A stretch of DNA of 64,000 nt. Origin: the human T2T-CHM13v2.0 reference genome, Homo sapiens. The notes under the pieces were generated by a model that did no database searches, was not told where the DNA came from, and saw nothing but the letters and a program-made list of their open reading frames with translations. Location of the stretch: the NCBI RefSeq assembly GCF_009914755.1, contig NC_060931.1, one strand, 5' to 3'. The position numbers and the translations under genes were made by a program. The stretch's first letter is position 1. Every line of letters starts with the position of its first letter. Of this stretch, positions 13,340 through 25,785 are shown piece after piece.

Positions 13340-13736
13340 TAACACATCCCATGGGAATGCTGAAAGAACAAAATGAATAAACATGGGCAATGCCTTCACT
13401 GGTTTGCCTGCTAATAGGAAAGTAGCAAATATCTTTAATTGTCTCTGGAGAGATATGATTAGAAGTATTACCACTGGGTTCTGTTCTCTCAATTATTATT
13501 TTTCTCTGCAGGGAGTGAGTGTCTAGTCAAATGATGGTAGAAAAAGCCTGGCTTACACAACTAATTGTATCATAAAGTTCAGGAGAGCTTTGTGTCTGGG
13601 CTTCACCTCCCAAGAAGGCCTCATTAGCGAGGAGAATCAATCCCAGTCTATCCATTCTGCCTTTCCTGTCTTTGAGGTTCCTAGCAAGCCCAAGGGTATG
13701 TTAGAAGAAAAGACCACAGATTATTCTACTGTAAGT
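13340..13736 (+). promoter_or_regulatory. Candidate OR promoter and first non-coding exon (O/E-EBF plus homeodomain sites, then a splice donor), probably for OR2A14
   Basis: Palindromic TCCCATGGGA at 13347-13356; TAATTG at 13436-13441 abutting TCTCTGGAGA; CTAATTG at 13561; TCATTAG at 13621; GTAAGT at 13731-13736. The sequence appears non-repetitive. Confidence 0.55.
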
Positions 13737-14449
13737 AAATGTGGTGTATTTGCCTTGAGAAAGGGTTTACAGATGGGAATGGGAAAGGGGCAGTGAATGA
13801 AATCACTGGCTCCAGAGAGTAGCGATGAAATGCCTGTGCTATGTGGTCTCCTTCTGCTTCTAAGTCTGTATTTATAGCTAGGGTCCTGAGGGGACCTCTA
13901 GGGGCCACCGTCTATCCCAGGATATGGCCATGTACCTCTGACCTTCTCGGCCCCTCCATCCATATCCCCTCATTACCCTGTGGCAGCTCCTGGCTTTGTC
14001 ATCACTGTGCCATAGAAGAAGATCAGATAACCATCCCTATAGGGTATGATCTGGCTAAAGGGCTCCAATGATTGTCAGGGGCTATGCGGCTCAGGTGACT
14101 CTTTTTTACAAATAATGCTAATTTTAAAAACTGAAGTAGAGTTTGTAAGTGGTTTGCTTACCCAGGGATGTATCCTCCTTGCCCCTCTGCTAACTGCCTA
14201 GTCCTGCACATTCTCAGAAGCGTTGTGTCGCCAGACAAGATCCCCTTCTCAGTTGTTCTGGATACAGGCACCATTCACTCACAGGGAAAAGCCAGTGCCT
14301 GTCAGGGTACAGGTTCTCTTTTTTTTTTCTGATTTTAGCAGAGGAACCATTGAGCACAGAACATGTCTCCTTATGATGACTGGATCCAGACATTCTCACC
14401 AACGATGGTTCTCATATCCCTAATTATATATCTAAAAAACCCAAGTTCT

Positions 14450-14625
14450 TATGTGAGTTAATGCATTTAATCCTCACAACTATGTTATGAGACAGAATTT
14501 ATTACTCACCCCATTTTGTAGATTGGGAAACTGAGGCATGAAGAGGCACAGAGAAGTCATAAAGCTAGTATGCAGCAAAGCCAGGATCTGAACCCAGGCT
14601 GCAGGGCTCAGGAATCCATGCTTGT
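14450..14625 (-). mobile_element. MIR SINE
   Basis: MIR core in antisense: atttaatcctcacaac...ccccattttgtagattgggaaactgaggc...ggatctgaacccagg. Confidence 0.85.
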
Positions 14626-14650
14626 TCATTTGTTTTTAACACTAGGCTGC

Positions 14651-14953
<303 letters not shown>

Positions 14954-16849
14954 ACTAGGCTGCTCCCTAGGACTAAGCTCAGTGTCAAAGTATATTATTG
15001 GAGATGGCAAGTTATTTCTGAGTAATTGCAAAGATTTGACAAATCAGTGCTGCCTTACAACCCCACTGCTGGAGGCCCCAGGGCTCCCATTCTAAGACAA
15101 TTTTCAATAGAAACTTTTCTTTTGTGTCAGTGCTAAACACCCTAAATACGCCCCCCTTTTCTTTCCAAAAAATTAATCCTCTCTCTATCATTGGGATATT
15201 TAGCATGGTGGGATTGACCTCTTACTATTACAGCCTGTATTTTTTTTTCTTCAGTAAGGGAGTGTGGTTACTTCAAAGGAGTCTTCTATTTCTTTAAATT
15301 GCTTTTTAATTTTAAAAATCAAAATATAGGAACATTTATATTAGGAAATCAAAGCAAAATGTGTGTCTTATATTTAAACTCAAAAACAGCCAAAAAGAAA
15401 AGCAAGATAAACGTGAAAGTGTTTGCAACACCATGATGATTGCACTGGATTTCCAATTCCTATGCTTTAATACTTCCCTCAATTTTACGATCGCTTTAAT
15501 ATCATTAGTAACAGCTGACATTTATTAAATTCCTATAATGTACCAGTGCGATGGTATTTCTTCTTCACATCAGTCCTTTTGGTATCTGTGGTCAACATTT
15601 TACATTTGACAATAATGAGCCTTAGAATACGTGACTCAAATGCGTCATGTTCATTGCTCAGAATCAAGACTGGAATAGTATTCTGGCCAAGACTGTTACT
15701 CCTGTTGCTTTCATTCTTATTCAGAGACCATATTTTTTTCTGTCACTGCTAAATTTGCTTTGCTCTTTAAGAACAGAAAAATGTATCCATGCAGTTTTTT
15801 CCCTTACTCCATCCACTGAAGATTGTTCTGTAATGTGTAACTGGAGTGGATGCCTAAATAAATCTTCCTTTCAGATATCTGATTCTTTATTGAACTTCCA
15901 CAGGCTTTTCTAAAAGAAAAGTCTGACTACTTGAACTGTGAAATCCAAAATACAAAAGGATGCCAATAAATAAAAGGAAAAAAACTATTTTCCTCTTATA
16001 CTATATATTTGTTTACTTAACTTCACAATTGAACTGATGGACAATTTTTGTGTGTAGGTAGCCACCATTATAGACTTTTCTCCTTGTGGCCTCTTGTACA
16101 CAACTGTTAAAAGCACAGTTGATGACCAGAGTTTTATACAGTTTGGATGTAGTTCACGTCTGATTAAATTTCACTTTCACTAAGAATTCTATTTGTTTCT
16201 TTCTTTATTCCTGCTCTTTAGAAATAGTTTATTCTAGGCTGCTGGGGTTTTTTTCCCCGAAATTCCTTACTTCACAAAAATTACAAATAAAACTATAAAC
16301 CCAGATTTGCTTAATTATGAATTTAGATTAACCAAACAATTGTATTTATTTGGTAATGACTGGATTTTTTTTTTACTCCTAAAGCATCCAAATGCCTGCT
16401 ACCTAGGTCACTGGGCCTTGGAACAGTAGGAGCACAGATGTGTACACCACAGATGGGAGCCAGGAGGGACTAAAAATATGCAAAATATCCATGTGCTTGG
16501 AGGTCTCAGGGATAAAAGGCTTCTCCTTTTCAGCTTGATTCATTGGGACATTAACACAACATTTGCTGTGTCCAAAAATTGACAACTACCATTCTGGCAT
16601 TAAAATTATATTGTGCAGAAAATTAAACAGTTTCCTATTTCAAATATGTGCTCATTGGAAGTTCTGTACATACATATCTTTTAACTGTATTCTGCTTTCA
16701 TGAATCTAAAAGTAAATCAATTATTATAAAGTCAAAAGTATATCAGCTAAACTGATGAATTTTTTATGTCAATTTCAGATTGTTAAAAATATAAACAAGG
16801 TTACAAAGAATAAGTACAATCTCCTGCTCACTATGGTTCAGGTACATTG

Positions 16850-17210
16850 TGTTTCTTTCTTTCTCTTCCCAGAACTCACCAAGTGCATCTTGTTCAGAGA
16901 CTTTGCGTTTACTGTTCCATTACTGTTCTCTGTGTAGAGAATGATCCTCTTTTGGCTCTGGGCAGGGTTGTGGCCTTCATGGTTTAGGTTCCACTCACCT
17001 GTCTCCTCTTAAGAGAGACCTTTTCCAACCATCCCATCTAAAGGAGACCCCCCTCAAATCAAGTAGCTTTCTATTATTTTACCTAGATTATTTCCTTCAT
17101 TGTTCTTTTCATGGCCAGCAATTATCTTTACTTGTTTACTCCTGGTCTTTTACAGTGGTAATGAATCATGCCCTCTCTCTGTTCCAAGTCTGGAAAAAAT
17201 GAGTTGAATA
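16850..17210 (+). mobile_element. L2 3' fragment
   Basis: gactttgcgtttactgttcc...cacctgtctcctcttaagagagaccttttccaaccatcccatctaaa resembles the L2 3' region. Confidence 0.65.
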
Positions 17211-17769
17211 ATACATGAAAGAATCGGATATAATTCAAAAAGGTATTTTATTAATAAAGTCTGTTGAAAAGCATGGTTTATATTTTCAACAAAGTTTCTC
17301 TCCAAATTAAAATCACAACCGTTAGCTGACACCCCTTCCCCACCTCCAAATGGGACTGAACATGCTCCTGATACCTTAATCCCAAGCAGATAGAAATGCA
17401 TGCAGGTGAAACAGAGAACAGAGAAAGGTCACCCTCAGTTTCTCTTTCCTGTTTCACAAATCATATAAATTAGGGGAAAGAGAGAGGCAGGTATACTCTA
17501 AAACAATTTTATCCAGGGGCATAGAGGTTTCCTTCCCTAAATAGAAATGTGAGGTGTGAAAGAGAAGCACATCACCTTAATATTACTTCTTTATAATCTG
17601 CCTCCCTTTCAGAATGTGTTTACATCATCCACAGCTGGGCCTCTAAAGCTTAGAACAGTGGCTGAAACAGATCATGCACTCAAGGATCATTCGTTAAGGG
17701 ATATACAAAATACAAATATAAGTTACAGAACATTGTTTGCTTATGAAAGTAACAGAGATTGTAATTGGT

Positions 17770-18180
17770 AATGCCTAGTACTGACTATGTGGCAAAGAGA
17801 CATGATTCTTACACACTGTGGGAGGGAATTGCAATTGGTCAGATTTTCTAGATGGAAGTTAAAATAGGGATAAAAACCTTAGAAATGTCTGTATATTTAG
17901 CATCTGCAATTTCACTTTTAGAATATGTTCTAATAAATAATTATGAATATAGGCAAATCTTAAGTTTAAGAGAAATGTATCTCAATGCCAATAAAAATAA
18001 GAAATAAACAAAAATTCAAACAGTAAGAAATTCAGTAAATTGTGACAGAATATTGTGCCCCTTTAAAATAATGTCCATAAAATATAATTTCGATACAGGA
18101 AAAGTATTATATTAAGTGAAAAATTGTAATGTTTAAATACTCTGTACAATACCCTATTTTAATATATAAATTTGAGGATC
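17770..18180 (+). mobile_element. Old L1ME-like fragment
   Basis: Degenerate L1 3' motifs (tacacactgtgggagggaattgcaattgg, gcaatttcacttttagaatatgttct). Confidence 0.5.
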
Positions 18181-18375
18181 TACGTATTTACTAAAATAAA
18201 AGACATCAAAATTGTTTTTTTAAAAGTATCCTGTTGGATTTGAACCTTTAGCCTGATTTGAAAATAAAGATAGTCCTCAGGCTGTTTCTGGAATAAATGT
18301 GAAGTGTTAACAGAACAGCACCAGGTCACATGGTTTCTCCACCTGATGAGGCCATCCGTCCTGTTCATGGCCCTT

Positions 18376-18394
18376 GGTCGCCCCCTGCTGGCTG
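18376..18394 (-). promoter_or_regulatory. Predicted CTCF-binding motif
   Basis: The minus strand reads CAGCCAGCAGGGGGCGACC, matching the CTCF core CCASYAGRKGGCR. It retains a CpG within a locally GC-rich patch. Confidence 0.7.
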
Positions 18395-19585
18395 GATAGA
18401 CCCAGACCCTCCAGGAAGAGCTCCTTAGAAAGAGCTCACCAGCTGGGGCTGCACCTGATCCCATCCCCATCACCTGCTCAGATTCCATCTGAACAGCAAC
18501 AGGGCTGCTGGCATGATCACAGGTGATGGAGAAGAATACAGTTAGGGGAACCGACAGCAACCCCAGTTGCCATAGCTGGGAATATATTGATGACAAAAGA
18601 CTCTGTCACACTGGAAAGTAAGATAAGCTCTGAGAGATGTCAACATATTAAGTTATAATCGAGAAAAGAGTCCAATAAAATACAATTACGATACAGCGAT
18701 CATCTTTAAATGTAACCACTTAATGTAAATTGGTTTTTCTTTTGAATTTCTTATTTAAAAGACCTCAGAAATGTCACCATGCTTAGTTATTTTAAAGATA
18801 TATACACGTATTCATTGTATGTAGCCAAGAATTATTTCACTCATGCCTAATTTACAATAACAGATGCTGATGAAGAAGTAAGGAAAACTCTCAAAATAAA
18901 ACTACAAACACCAGATATGGAAAAGAGGCACCTAAAGTTGCTGCTAGGGAGTACTGGCCAGCTTCTGAAAAGCAGCATCTTATCTCAGAAAGCTTTAAAG
19001 AAACTACAAAATTGAAAGCTATTTAAAAGTGATTTCAAATCTGAAATAAGTGGGTAGAAAAGCCTGTGAGGAAGTGAGGGACAGTGAGCAAGCCCATGGC
19101 AAACAGAGGGTCCCCGTCCCTGCACATCTCAGACTGAGAAGGAAGCAGGATGAGCAAGTGAAACCACCTCATAATGCAACATTTGTCAAGGTCCTCTCTT
19201 CTCAAACTACGTAAAAATCAAGATTTCACACTGAAAGGGAAGCAAGGATACTTGAGTTCTTCAAAATAACACATGTGCGTGTGTATCCCCTTATGTAGGG
19301 TATATTATAATAGATCCTGTTTTGTTATATTTTATTAAATGTTATATACATGTACACATACACACACAAATATATATACAGATATACATGTATGTATTCT
19401 TATTATTCCATTGATACAATGCGATTTTTTTCTCATTTTTATGAGCACACTTGGTTAGTTTTGGCAACATATCTGAGAATAAATTCTAGAAAATTCATTC
19501 AAAGTTATAATTTCTAAGTGCTCCCTCTGTGCATCTTTGACTGGCCCACAGCTCTGACCTTCCTGTCCTAGATGTCCACAAGAGC

Positions 19586-20515
19586 ATGGAAGGCAACAAG
19601 ACATGGATCACAGACATCACCTTGCCGCGATTCCAGGTTGGTCCAGCACTGGAGATTCTCCTCTGTGGACTTTTCTCTGCCTTCTATACACTCACCCTGC
19701 TGGGGAATGGGGTCATCTTTGGGATTATCTGCCTGGACTGTAAGCTTCACACACCCATGTACTTCTTCCTCTCACACCTGGCCATTGTTGACATATCCTA
19801 TGCTTCCAACTATGTCCCCAAGATGCTGACGAATCTTATGAACCAGGAAAGCACCATCTCCTTTTTTCCATGCATAATGCAGACATTCTTGTATTTGGCT
19901 TTTGCTCACGTAGAGTGTCTGATTTTGGTGGTGATGTCCTATGATCGCTATGCGGACATCTGCCACCCCTTACGTTACAATATCCTCATGAGCTGGAGAG
20001 TGTGCACTGTCCTGGCTGTGGCTTCCTGGGTGTTCAGCTTCCTCCTGGCTCTGGTCCCTTTAGTTCTCATCCTGAGGCTGCCCTTCTGCGGGCCTCATGA
20101 AATCAACCACTTCTGTGAAATCCTGTCTGTCCTCAAGTTGGCCTGTGCTGACACCTGGCTCAACCAGGTGGTCATCTTTGCAGCCTGCGTGTTCATCCTG
20201 GTGGGGCCACTCTGCCTGGTGCTGGTCTCCTACTTGCGCATCCTGGCCGCCATCTTGAGGATCCAGTCTGGGGAGGGCCGCAGAAAGGCCTTCTCCACCT
20301 GCTCCTCCCACCTTTGCGTGGTGGGACTCTTCTTTGGCAGCGCCATTGTCACGTACATGGCCCCCAAGTCCCGCCATCCTGAGGAGCAGCAGAAAGTTCT
20401 TTCCCTGTTTTACAGCCTTTTCAATCCAATGCTGAACCCCCTGATATATAGCCTAAGGAATGCAGAGGTCAAGGGCGCCCTGAGGAGGGCACTGAGGAAG
20501 GAGAGGCTGACGTGA
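19586..20515 (+). CDS. OR2A14: Olfactory receptor family 2 subfamily A member 14, 309 aa in this haplotype
   Basis: Intact OR ORF, MEGNKTWITDITLPRF...RALRKERLT, recognised as OR2A14. It has the atypical motifs DRYADIC and NHFCE. Confidence 0.95.
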   Translation: MEGNKTWITDITLPRFQVGPALEILLCGLFSAFYTLTLLGNGVIFGIICLDCKLHTPMYFFLSHLAIVDISYASNYVPKMLTNLMNQESTISFFPCIMQTFLYLAFAHVECLILVVMSYDRYADICHPLRYNILMSWRVCTVLAVASWVFSFLLALVPLVLILRLPFCGPHEINHFCEILSVLKLACADTWLNQVVIFAACVFILVGPLCLVLVSYLRILAAILRIQSGEGRRKAFSTCSSHLCVVGLFFGSAIVTYMAPKSRHPEEQQKVLSLFYSLFNPMLNPLIYSLRNAEVKGALRRALRKERLT

Positions 20516-20597
20516 GACATCTCAAAGGGAACCATGGGGAGGGAGCCTTGCTCCCTGCAAAATATAGAAGTTGGCTTTTTTTTTTGTCTTCTGCTAG

Positions 20598-20603
20598 AAT
20601 AAA
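20598..20603 (+). terminator. Candidate proximal polyadenylation signal for OR2A14
   Basis: AATAAA about 80 nt after the stop codon. The homologous position downstream of OR2A15P reads GATAAA. Usage is not shown. Confidence 0.3.
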
Positions 20604-20619
20604 TGCTACCTTAAACTGG

Positions 20620-21120
20620 AATACTATAGACCTATACATATAAACTGAAGACACAAATCTTTTAGAAAAGATAGGTAAATGCATTTATAATCCTGGATAG
20701 GCATAAATTCATAAAGAAGACACAAAAGTCCCTAGATATAAAATTTTTAAGTTCGATAAATATAGGACCTCTTCACATTAATCATTGTGCTCATCAAAGT
20801 CACCATTAAGAAAGAAGAAATGCAAGCCACAAACCAAGTGATCGTATGGAAACTACATGTACCCAGAAATGGAACTATTGTTCATACAGTACATAGAAAG
20901 AACTCCTTTAAATCAGCAATAAAAAATATAAACAACCAAATTTTATAAAATTAGCAAAACATGTGAACATATACTCTTACAGAAAATACAAGGGGCTGAT
21001 AAACATACAAATGCTGCTTTCCACCATTAGTAAGCAAGGAATTGTAAATTAAAACCACCATGAGATACTATTATATACCCACTAAGATGTCTGAAATTTT
21101 TAATGGCTTATTTATCATTG
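20620..21120 (+). mobile_element. Old L1ME-like fragment
   Basis: L1 ORF2 3' motifs (agaactcctttaaatcagcaataaaaa, tgtaaattaaaaccaccatgagatac). Confidence 0.7.
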
Positions 21121-21239
21121 AGGTTATTGGAAATCTATTTCTAATATTGGAAATGGTTGATACTAGCAGAGTTTGTGCCAATAGTAGCCAAGTCACATTG
21201 AGTTAACAGGAGCATAGTACACATCCTCAAGATCAATAA

Positions 21240-21445
21240 TTAGTGACACTTCCTGTGAAGATACACAGGTTAATGCTTAAGGCTTTGAGGGCCATCTTCT
21301 GCGTCAAAACAACTCAACTCTGACAAAAGCAGCCATAGACAATGTGTAAACAAATGGGTGTGCCCGTGTTCCAATAAAACTTTATTTGTAAAAACAGGTG
21401 GCTGCTGGAATGGTGCCCAGGGACAGTAGTTTGTGAACCCTTGTT
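21240..21445 (+). mobile_element. MER58A-like hAT-Charlie element
   Basis: aactcaactctg...aaagcagccatagacaat...gtgttccaataaaactttatt...gtagtttg. A counterpart lies at about 8030-8240 (-). Confidence 0.75.
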
Positions 21446-22001
21446 CTAGATCTTAAAACTAGCATAGTTCCAGCTGATCCCACTTTAGAGACCCTCACTG
21501 GGTGGGGCCTCAGGGAGCATGTGATTAGACATGTCTTGCAGTCAAATTCCTGTGATCACATTGTACTTACTTGAGAGTGAGACTTTTCCTCCTTTGACAC
21601 TTTCTAAAATATGCCATGACTCAATAGCCAGTGGACTGTAAATATTCATGGTTTCTCCATCACACAGGAATTAAGAGCAGGCTCCTCATACTCCATCACT
21701 AATTTGAGCCTGAGATCTTAGGATAAAAGTTTGCAACTCAACATTCTAATTGGAGCACAGCAGTCCAGTGAAAACAAGCACAGAGATATCTTGTACAGAT
21801 TAATTTTTAAGAGTGGATTTAACAAGATCGTAGATTTTTAATTGTTTTCTTTTATATTTAGCAACCATTTTATTAAAAGCATCTTATATCTTGATATTGA
21901 AAAAGTCCTAGTTTTAATTATATTTTGAGAGAGCCACTCTCATCTTAGCCTGGAATACCCAGAAATGTAACTCTTAACCCTAAGCTGATAGCTGATAATA
22001 A

Positions 22002-22352
<351 letters not shown>

Positions 22353-23009
22353 TGGAAATCTTATGCTGTAGAAATCTTTACTATGTAAAGAAGGGAATCA
22401 CTAGACTGATACGACAGGGATTTCTAAAGCTGAACACTACTCTGATATTCAGAGCACAAGTTATCTTACTTTCACTAATCTCAGAAAGTATTAACCTATC
22501 TTGCTTCCTTTTTATTCCTGAAATGTAAAGTGTTGTATACTAATGTATTATTGTTTCCATTTTTTTTTCTTGGTGCTCCTCAGCCAATTTTAAAATCAAC
22601 CTGCCCATTTCTAGCCCTCGCACAATAGCATACGATTTTCCTCTCAGTGTCTACCATCCATTATGACAAAATATTTCACTGATAGAATTCTCTGTGACAT
22701 TTGATTTGACAACAAAAAGAATGGTGACTGTCCCACAAGATAAGAAAAGCTTTTAGAGGAAATAGATGCCTACCTAGGCATCCTGGGATGAGCTGAATTC
22801 ACTTTAAGAGGGGGAGAAATGTTAACTAGAATAAGCAAAAAAGAGGGAATTCTCTTCCATGAGGAAGGCAAAGGAGTGAACTCAACATAGAAACGTAATG
22901 AAGTTCAGGTGGAATGGGTCATGCAGACTCAGCAAATAACGCAGGATACTGCTAGGACTCAGTGTTAGAGGAGGGGTTTGTGCCCTGACCCAACAGGACT
23001 TATTGGCTG

Positions 23010-23390
23010 GTTTTTTTGTTGCTTGTCGGTTGGTTGGTTGGTTTTTTTGTTTGTTTGTTTTGGTTTGGTTTGTTTGTGTGTGTGTGTGTTGTTTGTTTGT
23101 TTGTTGAGACAGGGTTGCTCTGTCACCAATCAAGGCTGGACTACAGTGGTGTGAAGTTGGCTCACTGCAACCTCTGCCTCACAGGTTCAAGTAATTCTCC
23201 TGCCTCAGCCTCCCAAGCAGATGGGACTACAGGCAAGCACCACCATGCTCAGCTAATTTTTATATTTTTAGTAGAGGCGGGGTTTCACCATGTTGCCGAG
23301 GCTAGTCTCAAACTCCTGAACTAAATTGATCCACCCGCCTCAGCCTCCCAAAGTGCAGGGATTACAGGCGTGAGCCACTGTGCACTGTCC
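23010..23390 (-). mobile_element. Alu whose tail has become a (GTTT)n/(GT)n microsatellite
   Basis: Antisense Alu body at 23105-23388. TSD TATTGGCTG at 23001-23009 and 23392-23400. Confidence 0.95.
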
Positions 23391-24650
23391 CTATTGGCTG
23401 TTGTGATGCAGACAGAAGCAAAAGCAGCCCTGGGGCAATGGCCTTCCATTCTACTTGAATAGGCACAAGGGGATCACTGAAGGGAACCTTGTAGACCTTA
23501 TAACTTATCGAAGTTCTCTGAGGCACTGATAATTTTCACTGATGGACTATGACTGCCTTCATCCCAAGAGTAGATCTGAGTAAGATATAACCTGTAGTAC
23601 AATTAGGAGTTCTGGGAACTATTCTGAAAACACCGTGCCCTCACCTGAGGACAGAGGTGGGTCCCGCTATATAGCAGCACACAATAGAAACTAGTTTCAG
23701 TGGAAAGCTTTTAAACCTAGATAGGGTAACTGAACTTGTCCCCAACAGAGTTGGAACCCGGAAATAACCAAATCATGGCTAATTGTAATGATACTTGTCA
23801 GTAATAATATGGTGTACGAGCATGGGCCACAACTGTTAGAAAGGGATAGTAAATACTTCTCTAATTCTTACTGATTTGTTCTGGAATGAAACTGCTTATA
23901 CCATGATCACACTGCAGTATGGTATAACATTGGCATTGTTGGTAATATTTAACTATTTTATGTAAATAACTCGTGTTAATATTGAAACTGATGATGAAAT
24001 ATATTGCAAAATCAGGTTAAAACTTCCTGATACCAATGGAAAAGGATGGCCTGTAGAAGAACTTAATATAACTAACCATCAGCTAATATCTACGCTAAAT
24101 TGTTCTGTATAAGGTTATCACAGGGTGCAAATAAAGGGGGAAGCCGGTAATCAGATTAGTGCGAAAACATGAAAATGTATGTGTATGTCACGACTTTATA
24201 GGATGGATTAGCTGTTTTCTTAGGTCTTTCCCTACCCCACAGTGACTCACAGATATTAGACATATTTATGCTGACACTATTGCTGTATCTGTTATATAAA
24301 TGCTTTTCTAAATATAGATACTCTGAAAAGTGTGATCATTCTGGTAAAAGAGCCTAAGCCAAGTGCCTGGTGAGTGAACTGTACAAGAAAGGGTTAACTC
24401 AGTTAAATTTATATAAACTCATATAAAACTTTAAAATACTCTAATCATATCACTTAGAGTAAGACACAGAAATGGAAATTTTTCCCTTCGGAATTTGGAT
24501 TCAGGGCCATGTTATTTTGGGTGGGAAATCTGAAGCAATAGCTTGAGGCCTATAATAAAGATAGCATTGATAGAACAGCATGTGTTCAAGGAAAAAATAT
24601 AGGATCAGAAAATGAAAACAATGCTCAGTGGTTAAGATGAAATGGCTTTA

Positions 24651-25222
24651 TGGGATAGGCAGAATTCTCTAAATGGCCCCCCTTAGACTTTTGTTATTTA
24701 ATCAAACACTAATCTAGGTTCTGCTGTGAAGGGGCTTTGTAGATCAATGGGTCCTAAAATGTGAAGGTTACCATGGTAACAATCAGGTGAGTCTTCTAAA
24801 GGCTGGGAATTTTTTTCACCTAGTAACAGAGGAGGAAGTCAGAGAGATTTGAAGTGTGTGAAGCACTCAACAAACATTGCTGATTTAAACACGGAGGTGG
24901 TCCCATGTAGGCACCAGAGTGGCAGCAGGCAGCTCAGGCCATCCCAGATCCCAGAGGACAGAAAACAGCAGTGACAAATGGACAGAGATTTCAACCCTAC
25001 AACCACAAGGAATCTAATTTTTCCAACAACCATTAAACTTGAAAGAGGATCTCAAGTCTCAGATGAGAATTGCAGACCAAGCTAAAATCTTGATTTTGTT
25101 TTAAAGAGAATCCAGCTGACCACCAGGACTTCTGATCAATGGAAACTGTGAGATAATAGATATGTGCTGTTTTAAGCCATTAAGTTTTTGTTAATTTGTT
25201 GCAACTGCAATAGAACGTGAAT
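24651..25222 (+). mobile_element. MLT1 (MLT1E-like) MaLR solo LTR
   Basis: Starts tgggataggcagaattctctaaatggcccc and ends gaaactgtgagataata...tgttttaagccattaagtt...gcaatagaa. Confidence 0.85.
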
Positions 25223-25299
25223 GGTGAATACACTTTTGGTATTAAATAAAGATCATTTGTTTCCAGCTCTAGTCCTTGCTAGATTGGTGATCCATAATT

Positions 25300-25785
25300 T
25301 AGCGCAATAATTCTCTAGCTCTTTGGTCTCAGAACACTTTTAAATTCTTAAAAATTACTGAGGGTCTGAAGATATTTCATTTATGTAAGTATATTTGTTG
25401 ATGTTATAATAGAAATCAAAACTGACAAATTTATTATTTACTTTTAATTAATTTAAATGGCTTCCAATATAGGTTAATATGATATTCTTGATAAGATATT
25501 CTTATAAATAATATATTTTATAAAAAGTAACTTTATTTTACATTTTTGCAATTCTTAAAATATCCAGCTTAATAGAAAGCTGCATTTTACGTTTCCTTCA
25601 TTCTATCTGTTGCCATATCAGCTAGCCTCTGAAAAAATTCAGTGTGCACTCGTGAGAGAACGAGGGTAAAAAAATATTAAAACTGTCTAAATAGTATTGT
25701 GAAAATAGTTTTTATCCCACAGACTCTTTGAAAGCTTGTCAGAAATTTTCAGAGTCCCTCAACCACACTTAAAGAATAGCAGACA
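25300..25785 (+). mobile_element. hAT-Charlie (Charlie1-like) DNA transposon remnant
   Basis: tttggtctcagaacacttttaaattcttaaaaattactgagg...accacacttaaagaatagc. A paralogous copy lies at about 42240-42660. Confidence 0.65.

Noticed and set aside
15510-15720. Possible second MIR fragment
   Set aside because: The similarity is too degenerate to call by eye.
18180-18596. 138-aa minus-strand ORF in apparently unique DNA
   Set aside because: It has a non-ATG start and no recognisable domain, and is explained by local GC richness.
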